The notes beneath the pieces are model-generated. The model was given only the letters and a program-made list of their open reading frames with translations, made no database searches and was not told the DNA's origin. Source: Dehalococcoidia bacterium (GTDB lineage Bacteria; Chloroflexota; Dehalococcoidia; Lucifugimonadales; QGNO01). Taken from it: a stretch of 64,000 nucleotides of DNA. This document shows positions 39,344-49,429 of this stretch, in pieces (positions within the stretch are counted from its first letter, which is position 1; each line of letters starts with the position of its first letter). The DNA is taken from positions 2,106,636-2,170,635 of the forward strand of contig CBDFLI010000002.1 in NCBI GenBank assembly GCA_965249115.1, given 5' to 3'. Position numbers and translations under genes: made by a program.

Positions 39344-40273
39344 TTGAGCGGAAGATTGAAGGGTCTTGTAGCCATTGTGACCGGCGGCGGCGGAGGTATT
39401 GGCCGTGGTGTCAGTAAATGGCTGGCCAGAGAGGGCGCCTCCGTGGTGGTCAACGACCTTGGTGGCGCGCTCGACGGCTCCGGTGGTTCCCGGGGCCCTG
39501 CCGATACTGTGATAGCCGAGGTCAAGACCGAGGGCGGTGACGCCATCGCCAGCTACGATACTGTGGCCACCTTCCAGGGTGCGGAGAGGATAGTCCAAAA
39601 GGCGATTGACACCTACGGGCGTCTGGATATCCTGTGTCATGCTGCCGGCGTCCTCAGTGACCGCATGGTGTTCAACATGACGGAGGACGAGTGGGACACG
39701 GTGGTCCAGACCCACCTCTACGGTGCCTTCAACATAGTCCGTCACGCGGTGCCCCACATGGTGCGGCAGAGGTATGGCCGTATCCTACTATTCTCCTCCG
39801 TCTCGGCGCTGGGCAACGTGGGCCAGGCCAACTACTCGTCTGCCAAGGCGGGCCAGATCGGCCTTGCCAACGCCCTGGCCCAGGAGCTGGCCCCGCACAA
39901 CATCACCGTCAACGTTGTGTTTCCCGGAGGCGACACCAGGATGACCCAGGGCCTCCCGGAGACGTCCCAGGCGTACATTGCCCAGTGGGGAGCGCCTTCT
40001 GTGGGTGCGGCAGAAGTCACGGACCTGCGTGACCCCGAGCGTAACGCCCCCAAGGTTGCCTACCTGTGCACCGAGGCCGCCGCCAATATCACGGGCCGCA
40101 TCTTTGGGACCTTTGGCCTCCCCATGACCCTTTACTCACAGAGGCAGGCGATAAAGGTGCTCCACAAGGACAGCCCGTGGACGCTGGAGGAGTTGGAGAC
40201 GCTTATGCCTAACTCCCTGACCCAGGGCCTGGTAAGTACGGTGGCAGCTGACCATCAGGCTGAGGGACCATAG
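39344..40273 (+). CDS. SDR oxidoreductase (VVVNDLG subtype), tandem paralogue
   Basis: TGGGGGIG, VVVNDLGG, GNVGQANYSSAK; TTG start. Confidence 0.9.
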   Translation: MSGRLKGLVAIVTGGGGGIGRGVSKWLAREGASVVVNDLGGALDGSGGSRGPADTVIAEVKTEGGDAIASYDTVATFQGAERIVQKAIDTYGRLDILCHAAGVLSDRMVFNMTEDEWDTVVQTHLYGAFNIVRHAVPHMVRQRYGRILLFSSVSALGNVGQANYSSAKAGQIGLANALAQELAPHNITVNVVFPGGDTRMTQGLPETSQAYIAQWGAPSVGAAEVTDLRDPERNAPKVAYLCTEAAANITGRIFGTFGLPMTLYSQRQAIKVLHKDSPWTLEELETLMPNSLTQGLVSTVAADHQAEGP

Positions 40274-40333
40274 CGGACAGGCAGACGAAGCAGTTATATT
40301 AGCTGTCAAACCAAATTAGTGAGGAGGCAACTG

Positions 40334-41005
40334 GTGCCCATATATGACTTTCACACCCACACCTTTCTCAGCGACGGCGTCCTTTCCCCTATGGAGTTGA
40401 TACGCCGTGCGTATGACAAGGGGTATCGCGCCATCGCTATCACCGATCATGTGGGACTTGCGGGCCAGGAGCGAGTCATTCCTTTGCTTGTAGAGGAGTG
40501 TGCTCGCGCCATGCAGAGTTGGGACATAATAGCAATCCCCGGCGTGGAGATAACTCACGTCCCGTCTGGCCTGGTTGCGGAAGCCGCCGAAAAGGCGAAA
40601 TCTCTCGGCGCCAGGCTGGTGGCGGTCCACGGAGAGACCATAGTGGAGCCAGTGGAACCCGGGACCAATGCCTCGGCGGTGTCCGCACACCATGTGGATG
40701 TCCTGGCCCATCCAGGCCTGATATCGCTGGATGAGGCGCGAACCGCCGGTCAGCAGGGTGTTTTCCTGGAGGTGTCTGCCAGAAGGGGACACAGCTTCGC
40801 CAACGGACACGTGGTAAAGCAAAGCCAAACTGCCGGCGCAACCCTGCTCCTGGACTCCGATGCCCACAGCCCGGAAGACCTGCTTACTACTGAGTTGGCG
40901 CGGCAGATAGGAAAAGGGGCCGGGTTAGACGGGGAAGACCTGGAAGCAGTATTAGATACAAATCCTAAGAGTCTATTGAAGAAACTGGGATACCCTCTAA
41001 CCTAA
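40334..41005 (+). CDS. PHP-domain protein (histidinol-phosphate phosphatase-like)
   Basis: YDFHTHTFLSDG, AITDH, PGVEITH, VHGETIVEPV, LAHPG, DSDAH. Confidence 0.88.
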   Translation: MPIYDFHTHTFLSDGVLSPMELIRRAYDKGYRAIAITDHVGLAGQERVIPLLVEECARAMQSWDIIAIPGVEITHVPSGLVAEAAEKAKSLGARLVAVHGETIVEPVEPGTNASAVSAHHVDVLAHPGLISLDEARTAGQQGVFLEVSARRGHSFANGHVVKQSQTAGATLLLDSDAHSPEDLLTTELARQIGKGAGLDGEDLEAVLDTNPKSLLKKLGYPLT

Positions 41006-41050
41006 CCCCTGGGGTTCCAATGAAGATCGCTATCCGGTTTGCCGGACGAC

Positions 41051-41194
41051 CTAACCCCTGCCGATGCGGAAGACCTTGGTCCCGCAAACCGGGCACGTAC
41101 CCTGAGTGGCAGGCCGGCCATTCTTCAAGGTAACCACCTGTGCGTTCTTTATCTCTCTTTTAGCCCTGCACTTGAAGCAATATGCCTCTGCCAT
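41051..41194 (-). CDS. Small Zn-ribbon protein (DUF5679-like), 47 aa
   Basis: MAEAYCFKCRAKREIKNAQVVTLKNGRPATQGTCPVCGTKVFRIGRG*; RBS AGGAGGGAGG; TTGACA at 41247-41252 (minus strand). Missed by the ORF track. Confidence 0.88.
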   Translation of the reverse strand: MAEAYCFKCRAKREIKNAQVVTLKNGRPATQGTCPVCGTKVFRIGRG

Positions 41195-41293
41195 TAAGAG
41201 CCTCCCTCCTGAAATCGCAGCAACGATATACCGTAGCTAGCACAGTTGTCAAGTTTTGGTGGTGGCTAATCGGCTTCTGCCAGCCTTGCGCTC

Positions 41294-42226
41294 CTATATC
41301 AGTGGGTTTTCCTGACTGTAAATCGACGGTTTTCCTATCTGGAAGACCTTGAACGGCTGCCACATCTTCAGAGAACGGTTGAATCGTACCAGGGCCACAA
41401 ACCGGCCGTCGGGGCCATACGCCCGGCAATGCTGAAGGTGGGGTGCGTAGTGTGTGCGGGGGCTGAGAGGCACCGGCTGCCCGTTGCGGATCTGTTTCTC
41501 CTCTTTGCTGTCCAGCGTCACGGAAGTTAGTTTCAATACAACGTGGTCCGCGGGAAATAGCAACGAGTCTAGGGTGTCGTCGTCCCATGCGGCCTTCACC
41601 TGCTCAATGGTCACCGCCTGGTCCAGGTGAAACGGGCCCGTACGTATGCGGCTGAGGCCGGCCAGGTGCGCGCCGCACCCCAGTACCTGGCCCAGGTCGT
41701 GGGCGAGGGACCTAACGTAGAACCCCCGTTTACAGTGGACCGTTACCGTCGCCAGCGGTGGCTCCCACTTGATAAGGTCCAGCTTCAGCACTTCAACGGT
41801 ACGAGGCGCAATTTCCACCTTGACTCCGGCCCTGGCAAGCTCATGCAGTCGTTTGCCCTTGCTCTTTAAAGCGCTGAACATCGGCGGCGTCTGCTGGATG
41901 GTCCCCTGCATGGACGCCAGTGTGGCCTCTACCACGGACTGTGTCACTCCGGATGCGTCCTGTTCGTCCACAACTTGTCCCACGGCATCATACGTGTCCG
42001 TGGTTACGCCCAGACGGATGGTAGCCAGGTACTCCTTTTCGCCGTCAACCACATACTGCATAAGCCTTGTGGCCTGGCCCAGGCACACAGGGAGGACGCC
42101 TGCCGCTTCCGGGTCCAGGGTTCCGGCGTGGCCCGTATGACGTTGAGAGGTTAGCCGTTTGACCTGGCGCACCACATCCATGGAGGTGATACCCAGGGCC
42201 TTGTCTATGTTTAGAATCCCGTCCAA
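41294..42226 (-). CDS. truB: tRNA pseudouridine(55) synthase
   Basis: GHAGTLDPEAAGVL, TTDTYD, QTPPMFSALK, GFYVRSLAHDLG. Confidence 0.97.
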   Translation of the reverse strand: MDGILNIDKALGITSMDVVRQVKRLTSQRHTGHAGTLDPEAAGVLPVCLGQATRLMQYVVDGEKEYLATIRLGVTTDTYDAVGQVVDEQDASGVTQSVVEATLASMQGTIQQTPPMFSALKSKGKRLHELARAGVKVEIAPRTVEVLKLDLIKWEPPLATVTVHCKRGFYVRSLAHDLGQVLGCGAHLAGLSRIRTGPFHLDQAVTIEQVKAAWDDDTLDSLLFPADHVVLKLTSVTLDSKEEKQIRNGQPVPLSPRTHYAPHLQHCRAYGPDGRFVALVRFNRSLKMWQPFKVFQIGKPSIYSQENPLI

Positions 42227-42234
42227 GGTGTCCC

Positions 42235-42594
42235 TCAGGAAGATGGTCTTATGTGGTCATCAAGGCCGTCTATTTTCTGGAGCATACCGGTGCCTTGCTC
42301 TATGGAGTCATCCTGGCGGAACGTGAGTTGCGGGACGTATCTGAGGTCAAGACGGGGCTTCAGCTCCCGCCGTAGAAACCCTGTCGCTGACTTGAGCATC
42401 TCCAGGGTGGAGCCCTTCTCCTGGTTGTCACCCATGACGCTGATGAATACCTTGGCGTGGCGCAGGTCAGCTGAGACCTCCACCATTGTGATGCTTACCA
42501 GGGTTGGTAGCCTTGGGTCGTTCATCTCCTTGGCGAAGAGCCAGCTCAACTCCTTGCGCAAAAGCTCACTAACCCGCTGGGTCCGTCTGTTCAT
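42235..42594 (-). CDS. rbfA: Ribosome-binding factor A
   Basis: RTQRVSELLRKELS, VEVSADLRHAKVF, LRYVPQLTFRQDDSIE. Confidence 0.97.
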   Translation of the reverse strand: MNRRTQRVSELLRKELSWLFAKEMNDPRLPTLVSITMVEVSADLRHAKVFISVMGDNQEKGSTLEMLKSATGFLRRELKPRLDLRYVPQLTFRQDDSIEQGTGMLQKIDGLDDHIRPSS

Positions 42595-42760
42595 GGGATA
42601 TCCTTCTGTCAGGCGTCAGGGACGCACTCTCTTCTCCGACGGCGCCCTGGCCTAAATCTGAAGCCTGGTTGTGCCTAAAGAACGGGTGTACGCCGAGGTG
42701 GCGGTCAGAAGGTCTGATGCCTGTTGGAATAAGGTCCGTGTACAGGCATCCGGCCCGTTG

Positions 42761-44575
42761 TCAGGCTTGGGCCTCCTGCAGTCGGTGGACTTCCAGCACG
42801 TCGTCCTCCTGGAAGTCGTTGTATCCAACCAGGCCTATACCGCATTCAAAGCCCGTGGCCATTTCTCGTACGTCGTCTTTGAAATGCCTGAGGCTGGCAA
42901 TTTGCCCGTCGTATACAACCTGCCCCTCACGCAGCACCCTGGCTGAAGCGTTACGCAGGACGCGACCATCGGTGACATACACACCGGCGATCTTCGTCTG
43001 GCGGCCCCTGCTGAAGATTGCCCTCACCGTGGCATGGCCTTCTACGGTATCCCTCATCGTAGGTTCAACCAGGCCTTGCAGAGCATTGGCAATATCTTCC
43101 AGCAGATGGTAGATCAGACTGTAGAGCCTTATCTCTACGCCGTCGGCGTCCGCCAGACGCTTGGCACCTGACTCTACGCTAATGTTGAACCCCAAGATGA
43201 TGGCGTCTGAGGCAACGGCCAGGAATACATCCGACTCTGAAATAGCCCCGGAACCCGTATGAATGATGCGTACCTGGGTCTCATCTGTGCTCAAGCGGAC
43301 TAGGCTGTCACGCAGTGCTTCAACGCTCCCCTGAGTATCAGCCTTGATGACCAGGTTCAGCTCTTTGGACTCCCCTGCCCGGATGCGGTTGAACACCTCA
43401 TCCAGGGACACCTGGTGGCGTGACTCTCGTTGCCTTTGCGTTTCCTCCGCCAGGGTGCGGGCCTCCTTGTCACTGGAAACCACCTGAAAGCTGTCACCGG
43501 CGCCGGGAAGCTGGCCCAGCCCAAGTACCTCCGCCGGCATGGAAGGGGTCGCCATATGGATACGCTGGCCGCGATAGTCAATCAACGCCTTGACTCTACC
43601 CGAGGTAGACCCGGCCAGGAGATAGTCACCCACGTGTAATGTCCCGGTTTTAACCAGGACGGTAGCCACGGGACCGCGGCTCTTGTCCAGCTTGGCCTCT
43701 ACAACCACCCCCTTGGCAGCGCGGTCGGGGTTGGCCTTCAGGTCCGCTACCTCAGCCACTACTAGTATGTTCTGGAGAAGGTCGTCAATGCCCTCTCCGG
43801 TCTTGGCTGATACAGGCACCGCAATGACATCTCCACCCCACGCCTCAATCAGCAGGCCGTTCTCTGACAACTGGCGATTGACCCGGTCAATATCCGCATC
43901 AGGGAGGTCGGTTTTGTTAATGGCAACCACAATGGGGACATTCGCCTCCTTTACGTGGTTTATGGCCTCTACAGTCTGAGGCATTACGCCGTCATCAGCG
44001 GCCACAACAAGGACTGCCACGTCCGTAGCTTCAGCGCCCCTTGCCCTCATGGCGGTAAACGCCTCGTGACCGGGCGTGTCCAGGAATGAGATGATGTTGT
44101 TGTTGTACTCCGCCTGATACGCTCCAATGTGCTGGGTGATACCCCCGGCTTCCTGCTCCGCTACCTTGGTCTTGCGTATGTTGTCCAGCAGCGTGGTCTT
44201 GCCGTGGTCAACGTGTCCCAGGATGGTTACAACCGGCGGCCTGGCCGTGAGTACGTCTTCGTTCTCCTGTTCATCCTCCTCGGCATTCTTGGGGCCTTGG
44301 GTGGCATTATCCAGTGGCACTACCCTGAAGCCGAAAAGGGGTGCCACTGCCGATGCCGTCTCGAAGTCAATAGCCTGGTTAATATTGGCCATTATGCCTG
44401 CCCTCATAAGGTGCTTCATCACCTCTATGGGGCTGACGTCCATAAGGTCGGCAAGCTGGGCTACAGTGATCGCACTGGGTAGCCTGAGCACTTGGGGGGC
44501 TGCCGCACGCTGGCGAGGCTTGCTTTGCCCGGCTGTCGTATCCTTTTCAGCTTCCGTTGATGGGTTCGTTTGCAT
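42761..44575 (-). CDS. infB: Translation initiation factor IF-2 (short form)
   Basis: [42 protein letters not shown]. Confidence 0.98.
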   Translation of the reverse strand: MQTNPSTEAEKDTTAGQSKPRQRAAAPQVLRLPSAITVAQLADLMDVSPIEVMKHLMRAGIMANINQAIDFETASAVAPLFGFRVVPLDNATQGPKNAEEDEQENEDVLTARPPVVTILGHVDHGKTTLLDNIRKTKVAEQEAGGITQHIGAYQAEYNNNIISFLDTPGHEAFTAMRARGAEATDVAVLVVAADDGVMPQTVEAINHVKEANVPIVVAINKTDLPDADIDRVNRQLSENGLLIEAWGGDVIAVPVSAKTGEGIDDLLQNILVVAEVADLKANPDRAAKGVVVEAKLDKSRGPVATVLVKTGTLHVGDYLLAGSTSGRVKALIDYRGQRIHMATPSMPAEVLGLGQLPGAGDSFQVVSSDKEARTLAEETQRQRESRHQVSLDEVFNRIRAGESKELNLVIKADTQGSVEALRDSLVRLSTDETQVRIIHTGSGAISESDVFLAVASDAIILGFNISVESGAKRLADADGVEIRLYSLIYHLLEDIANALQGLVEPTMRDTVEGHATVRAIFSRGRQTKIAGVYVTDGRVLRNASARVLREGQVVYDGQIASLRHFKDDVREMATGFECGIGLVGYNDFQEDDVLEVHRLQEAQA

Positions 44576-44607
44576 ACTTGATGTCAGGTCCTACTCTTGG
44601 TTATCCC

Positions 44608-44895
44608 CTACTCATGATTATTCAGGGTCAAGGCGAACTGTCTCAGCGCCTCCACACTCTCTGCGGGCATACGTTCTCTGAGCGCCCGGTCCAGCTTGTT
44701 CTTTTTCAAGGCCTGGTCCCAGCACGTCAGAGACCTGCAGAGGTAGGCGCCGCGTCCGGGAGTCTTGTCGCCTTTCTGGTCAATCACCACCTCTCCTGAT
44801 GGTGTCCTGGTTATGCGCACCAGTTCCCTTTGCGGCGACTGAGTCCCACATGCTACGCACCGTCTCAGCGGGACGTGTCGTTGCTTTGCCGCCAC
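44608..44895 (-). CDS. ylxR: YlxR/RnpM (DUF448) protein
   Basis: [23 protein letters not shown]; between nusA and infB. Confidence 0.95.
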   Translation of the reverse strand: MAAKQRHVPLRRCVACGTQSPQRELVRITRTPSGEVVIDQKGDKTPGRGAYLCRSLTCWDQALKKNKLDRALRERMPAESVEALRQFALTLNNHE

Positions 44896-44932
44896 GTCTT
44901 CCTCCTAGGGCCGTTGAGTTGACGTCAGGGCG

Positions 44933-46525
44933 TTACGTCTGAACGCCGGTTGAGGCCCCTTTTCGCTTTTTGGCCGCTCTTTTGGCCTTGCCGGTCTCTT
45001 CCATGCTACCACGCCCTCTACCGCCTCGGCGACGGCCTTCCCCGCCTCTACCCGGGATTACCAGGTCTTCCGCGAACATGATCTGAGAGTCCCCACTGGG
45101 AACAAGCTGAGGCACCTGCCATACGTCGTCTGTGATGGGTATCCCTTCTTCCTCATCTTCCTCCACAACCTCTTCGTCCTCGGTTTCAGTCGTCGTTTCT
45201 CCCTCTTGCCAGGAGACGTCGGTCACAGACTCTTCGGCTTCAACGGTGGCTAATACAGGCTCCGGCGCCTCTTCGACTTCCGCCGGCGCCGCTTCAGTCT
45301 CGGTGACTTCAACAGCCTCAGCAAGCGGTTCTGCTTCGGCGGCCACAGGAGGTTCCGCCGGCTCAGTTTCAATCTGCGCCTCTGCCGCTACAGGCTCGTC
45401 CACTACCGCTGGTTCAGTGACAGGCTCCTCTTGGATGGTCTCCTTCTCAGTCCGGACCGGCGCGGTCCTCTTCAACCGTTCCATGTCCGCCTCAGCAGAG
45501 CTGAGGATATCTATCTTCCATCCCGTGAGCTTCGCCGCCAGCCGGGCGTTCTGTCCTTCCCTACCAATGGCCAGGGACAGCTGCTTCTCCTGCACCACCA
45601 CTGTGGCGTTGCCTTCATCATCCAGGCCTACGTGGATGGTCTGGGATGGGTTGAGAGCGTTGGAGATGAACACCGCTGGGTCCCGGTGCCACTGCACAAC
45701 GTCTATCTTTTCCCCCTGGAGTTCATTGACGATATTCTGAATACGGATGCCTCTTAGCCCCACGCAAGAGCCGACCGCGTCTACTCCTTCCTGCTTTGCC
45801 CACACGGCCACCTTGCTCCGTGACCCGGCTTCCCGGACGATGGCCTTGATCTCAACCATACCGTTGTAGATCTCCGGCACCTCAATTTCAAACAACCGGC
45901 GCAAGAGGTCCTTGTTTGAGCGCGAGAGGATGATCTCAGGGCCCTTGCCTGACTTGCTTACCTCGGCTATGTAGAACTTCATCTTCTGATTCGGCCGGTA
46001 CCTCTCCGTTGGCACCTGCTCTCGCTCCGGCAACGCGCCCTCGGCACGTCCCAGGTCAACGATGATCTGTCGTGGCTCCATACGCTGGATGGTGCCGGTT
46101 ACAACATCGTCGGCGCGGCCTGCGTACTCCTCGAAGATAAGGTCCCGTTCAGCCTCGCGCAACCGCTGCATGACTACCTGTTTTGCAGTCTGCGCCGCGA
46201 TGCGTCCGGCCAGGTATTGCGTTGACTCTAGCTCCACCGTTTCATCTACGGAGGCGTCTTTCTTGATCTTTTTGGCTGCGGCCAGGGTCATCTGCGTGAG
46301 GGAGTCCTCCACGTCTGCCGCCTTCTTCACCACATCCATCAGCACGAACACCCGCACGTCGCCCGTGCCGGGATTGAGCCGGACAGCTATGTTCTGTCCT
46401 GCTGTTGCGTTATCCTTTTTGTACGCAGACGCCAGCGCCGCCTCTATTGCGGACAGGACCATATCTCTGGGCAGGCCCCTCTCAGCAGCAAGCTGCGTCA
46501 AGGCAATCAGAAAATCGCTTTTCAT
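44933..46525 (-). CDS. nusA: Transcription factor NusA with long acidic and basic C-terminal tail
   Basis: [64 protein letters not shown]. Confidence 0.97.
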   Translation of the reverse strand: MKSDFLIALTQLAAERGLPRDMVLSAIEAALASAYKKDNATAGQNIAVRLNPGTGDVRVFVLMDVVKKAADVEDSLTQMTLAAAKKIKKDASVDETVELESTQYLAGRIAAQTAKQVVMQRLREAERDLIFEEYAGRADDVVTGTIQRMEPRQIIVDLGRAEGALPEREQVPTERYRPNQKMKFYIAEVSKSGKGPEIILSRSNKDLLRRLFEIEVPEIYNGMVEIKAIVREAGSRSKVAVWAKQEGVDAVGSCVGLRGIRIQNIVNELQGEKIDVVQWHRDPAVFISNALNPSQTIHVGLDDEGNATVVVQEKQLSLAIGREGQNARLAAKLTGWKIDILSSAEADMERLKRTAPVRTEKETIQEEPVTEPAVVDEPVAAEAQIETEPAEPPVAAEAEPLAEAVEVTETEAAPAEVEEAPEPVLATVEAEESVTDVSWQEGETTTETEDEEVVEEDEEEGIPITDDVWQVPQLVPSGDSQIMFAEDLVIPGRGGEGRRRGGRGRGSMEETGKAKRAAKKRKGASTGVQT

Positions 46526-46571
46526 GGCCCTCACCCCTCCTTGGCCTCGGCAGTGATACCCTTTACTGAAC

Positions 46572-46594
46572 AAAAAAGTGGGACAACCCCACTT
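46572..46594 (-). ncRNA. rimP-leader-like hairpin/attenuator upstream of nusA
   Basis: Minus strand AAAGTGGG-TTGT-CCCACTTT followed by more T, in the 5' UTR of the nusA operon. Confidence 0.7.
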
Positions 46595-46636
46595 TCTAAA
46601 ACCACTCCTAGACCTGATGTCTTGAAATCCGCCCAT

Positions 46637-46645
46637 AGTATAGCA
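46637..46645 (-). promoter_or_regulatory. Extended -10 promoter of the nusA operon
   Basis: TGcTATACT on the minus strand, about 110 nt upstream of the nusA ATG. Confidence 0.55.
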
Positions 46646-46814
46646 CTTCAGCCCTTCCCTAACAACCGAGACCCGTTTGACCGACCTTACTCCGCTACAT
46701 TACGCTAACGCATCCGGCGGTATGTGCTGTACCACTCCGCTGGTCGCATTTACTACCCTGGTCTGCGATGTCCGCAACGGTGGCTGAAACGAGTAGTAGA
46801 AGGATGTTTGTGCC

Positions 46815-47477
46815 GTGAGTAAACGACTGGCGGTCCTGCTGGATTTCGATGGGACCCTTACCCAAAAAGACCTGGGAGAGCAGCTCCTGGAAGCATTTTC
46901 AGATTCCCAGTGGCGCGGGGAAGCCGCGGAATGGCGCGCGGGCCGCGTCTCCTTCAAGGTGATGAACGAGCGGGAGTTCGCCTACCTCCCGGCGGATAAG
47001 CGCCAGGAGATGGAGAGGTACGCCGCAGAGCACGCAAGGCTGAGGGATGGCGCCCTGGAGCTTGTCGGCTACTGCGAAGAAAAGGATATCCCCGTTGAGA
47101 TAGTCTCGGGTGGCCTGGACTTCTATATCCGGGCTGTCCTGACGAAGTTTGGCCTGGCGCACCTACCAGTTTTGTGCCTAAAGCAGGCCGACTTCACCCA
47201 GGGGAACGGTGTAGTTGTCAGCTACTCGGATGGCGTTGTGGTCTGCGAGACCACCGGGGCATGCAAGTGCTCACGACTGTGGTCTTATCAGGAGCGGGGG
47301 TACCGTGTGCTCTTCGTAGGTGACGGCTCCTCCGACCGATGCATTGCCGCCAAGGCCGACATTCTATACGCCAGAGGGTCCCTGGCCGAGTTCTGCCGCG
47401 ACCAGGGCGTTCCCTTCACCGAATACAAGTCCCTCAATGAAGTGGCTGACGGTCTTCACCGCATGCTGGAGACATAG
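46815..47477 (+). CDS. HAD-superfamily phosphatase (MtnX-like)
   Basis: LLDFDGTLT, IVSGG, CKC, FVGDGSSD. Confidence 0.88.
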   Translation: MSKRLAVLLDFDGTLTQKDLGEQLLEAFSDSQWRGEAAEWRAGRVSFKVMNEREFAYLPADKRQEMERYAAEHARLRDGALELVGYCEEKDIPVEIVSGGLDFYIRAVLTKFGLAHLPVLCLKQADFTQGNGVVVSYSDGVVVCETTGACKCSRLWSYQERGYRVLFVGDGSSDRCIAAKADILYARGSLAEFCRDQGVPFTEYKSLNEVADGLHRMLET

Positions 47478-47517
47478 GTTAGCAGTATCTGTGGGGGCCG
47501 ATGATACCAACCTTGGT

Positions 47518-47546
47518 GTAGCCGCCACTAATCTCTGCCCGTGCGG
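47518..47546 (+). repeat. comM-like att repeat, left copy
   Basis: GTAGCCGCCACTAATCTCTGCCCGTGCGG (VAATNLCPCG); 23/29 identical to 49401..49429. Confidence 0.65.
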
Positions 47547-47628
47547 GATGTAATTGAAACATCGGTTGAGGTTGGCGTAAAGCTACGCCGCAGTACCTGA
47601 ACAGCTTGTGTGCAACGAGCCGAGTAGA

Positions 47629-48297
47629 CTAGGACTCTTGCAATTGAGAGCGCAGTTCCCTGGACGGGTATAGCAACAACGCAACACCTATGACTAACGG
47701 GAGGATAACGAGCGTGGCCGGAAGGGTGATCGACGGAGTGAGGATTAGCCAACCCAAGCTCCACCCTAGGGTCCCCCAGCCGATCCATCGCGGCAGCACT
47801 TTCGTGCGAAGAAACGCCCAACCATAGAACACCATCGACACGTTGGCGAAGGTCACGTAGCGAAGCTGTATCGTGCCGTTTACCCATTCCCGGAGCGGCT
47901 CAAAAAACTCAGGGATGGTTCCTCTACGGGCCCATTCCTCCCCTGCCCAAGCCGTCAATTCGCTGTGAAACGTATCTTCAATAGCCGAGAGAATGAGGAA
48001 AACGATAAAAAGATTGAATGCCAGAAATGGTACGGCCTTGTCTCCGGACTCGTTCAGATAAACAGTCAGCAAGCCAAAACCCAAGAAGAGAAGGAGAATT
48101 TCAGGGCCCCTGAACACAGCGACCGTCCGAAATACAGAGGCTTTCTCTCCTATTTCCTCGACTCCTTCCCAAGCTGCCGGAATGCCCTCTATGTTCCCAT
48201 GGGCTATCACCATTATGAACTCCGCAGCAATGAATAACGTGTTGAAGACCAGCAGGGTGCCGGCTATGCGACCCGTCGTCCAAAAGCCCTTACTCAC
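47629..48297 (-). CDS. Hypothetical multi-TM membrane protein (DUF4386-like)
   Basis: GTG start overlapping the upstream stop region; about 6 hydrophobic helices; LPRWIGW motif. Confidence 0.65.
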   Translation of the reverse strand: MSKGFWTTGRIAGTLLVFNTLFIAAEFIMVIAHGNIEGIPAAWEGVEEIGEKASVFRTVAVFRGPEILLLFLGFGLLTVYLNESGDKAVPFLAFNLFIVFLILSAIEDTFHSELTAWAGEEWARRGTIPEFFEPLREWVNGTIQLRYVTFANVSMVFYGWAFLRTKVLPRWIGWGTLGWSLGWLILTPSITLPATLVILPLVIGVALLLYPSRELRSQLQES

Positions 48298-48940
48298 TCT
48301 TTGGCTCCTGGCCAGTGTCAATTTGGGTGCGCCTCCTAGCCCATCCGACGGCAAAGACGCTCACTCCCGCAGCAAGGAACAAAGACACCGGATACCACAT
48401 CCAGTAGAACAACACGGCAACCATCCAGATTCCACCGATAGCTAGCACCGCTCCGAGCCCTGGTGCTCGTTGGATCAACCCGAACCCGACTACCGAGAGT
48501 GCGAACCCAAGGAAGAGCAGTGAGAACCCAATAACGTACTTGAGCCACGGTACGATCAGCCGTCTGCTGGGGTCATCGTACTCGATGGTGTGCACCGCGA
48601 TGAGGACGATGGAAGCGACGACCAGCATCGCCATTAGGATCATCGTAGCCAACCCCAACGAGGATCGCACGCCGAACATTTGCGTCATTGGCCTCTCTTT
48701 CGTGAAGCTGCTCTGTATTCGAGCCTCAACGAACCGCCAAAGCAGGTCGGCCGGAATGCCGCGGAGACATCGAAGCAAGATGCTTGACTTATCGCCGGTC
48801 GCACCCGGTCCGTGTACCCCCAAAGCGTTAGTCTGGTCCCATAAGTCGGAGGCAATCTCTGCGCGACGGGCGTTCCTCATCTCGAGGGGCAACCCGAGAG
48901 TGTACAGCCACACCCAGCCTCGAACTACGCTAAGCCTCAC
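48290..48940 (-). CDS. PadR-associated membrane protein
   Basis: GTGA overlap with the padR stop; N-terminal WVWLYTLGLP...RRAEIASDLWD helix, followed by 4 TM. Confidence 0.72.
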   Translation of the reverse strand: MRLSVVRGWVWLYTLGLPLEMRNARRAEIASDLWDQTNALGVHGPGATGDKSSILLRCLRGIPADLLWRFVEARIQSSFTKERPMTQMFGVRSSLGLATMILMAMLVVASIVLIAVHTIEYDDPSRRLIVPWLKYVIGFSLLFLGFALSVVGFGLIQRAPGLGAVLAIGGIWMVAVLFYWMWYPVSLFLAAGVSVFAVGWARRRTQIDTGQEPKSE

Positions 48941-49296
48941 GGAGTTGCTCTCTTCCGGGTCAGGCCCGATAGACCCATTAACTCCTCCGCCTTGGCCCGA
49001 GCAAGCGCTCCCTCGCCTGCCGTGGTAACCTGATAGAACCGACGCGTGGGCCGGCCCTGCTCCAATGCGAGCCGCGGGTCCTCCCAAAAACTCTCCAGGA
49101 AACCCGCCCGCTCCAGCCGGTGCAACGCCCGGTAGAGTGTGCCATGTGCGGTCAGTTGCCGAGCACCTGTGAGGTCTTGAATCACTTTCGCGATGAGGAA
49201 GCCATGTGCAGCCTCGGTGCCGCTGGCCCGGAGACCCAGAGCGGCCTCCAGCACGGACAACTCCATGGGTATCAACGTCCCCTTTTTACGTCTCAT
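48937..49296 (-). CDS. PadR family transcriptional regulator
   Basis: HGFLIAK, GTLYRALHRLERAGFLESFWE, GRPTRRFYQVT. Confidence 0.92.
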   Translation of the reverse strand: MRRKKGTLIPMELSVLEAALGLRASGTEAAHGFLIAKVIQDLTGARQLTAHGTLYRALHRLERAGFLESFWEDPRLALEQGRPTRRFYQVTTAGEGALARAKAEELMGLSGLTRKRATP

Positions 49297-49302
49297 TGCG
49301 CA

Positions 49303-49331
49303 ACTATAAGCATATATATGCGTATAGTCAA
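49303..49331 (-). promoter_or_regulatory. Leaderless padR promoter with palindromic operator
   Basis: TTGACT-17 nt-TATAGT-6 nt-ATG; 26-bp palindrome ACTATAAGCATATATATGCGTATAGT (one mismatched pair) spanning the -10 and part of the -35. Confidence 0.8.
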
Positions 49332-49400
49332 GTGGGGCCTCTCTTGGCGGGCAAGACTTCGCCGCAAAGCTACACCGTAGCGCCTACACGAAGTGCGTGC

Positions 49401-49429
49401 GTGGCCGCGATAAATACCTGCCCGTGCGG
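49401..49429 (+). repeat. comM-like att repeat, right copy
   Basis: GTGGCCGCGATAAATACCTGCCCGTGCGG (VAAINTCPCG), continuing CYG. Confidence 0.65.

Noticed and set aside
42595-42760. ylxP/DUF503 between infB and rbfA
   Set aside because: The gap is only 166 nt with no matching ORF; only a 9-bp hairpin is present.
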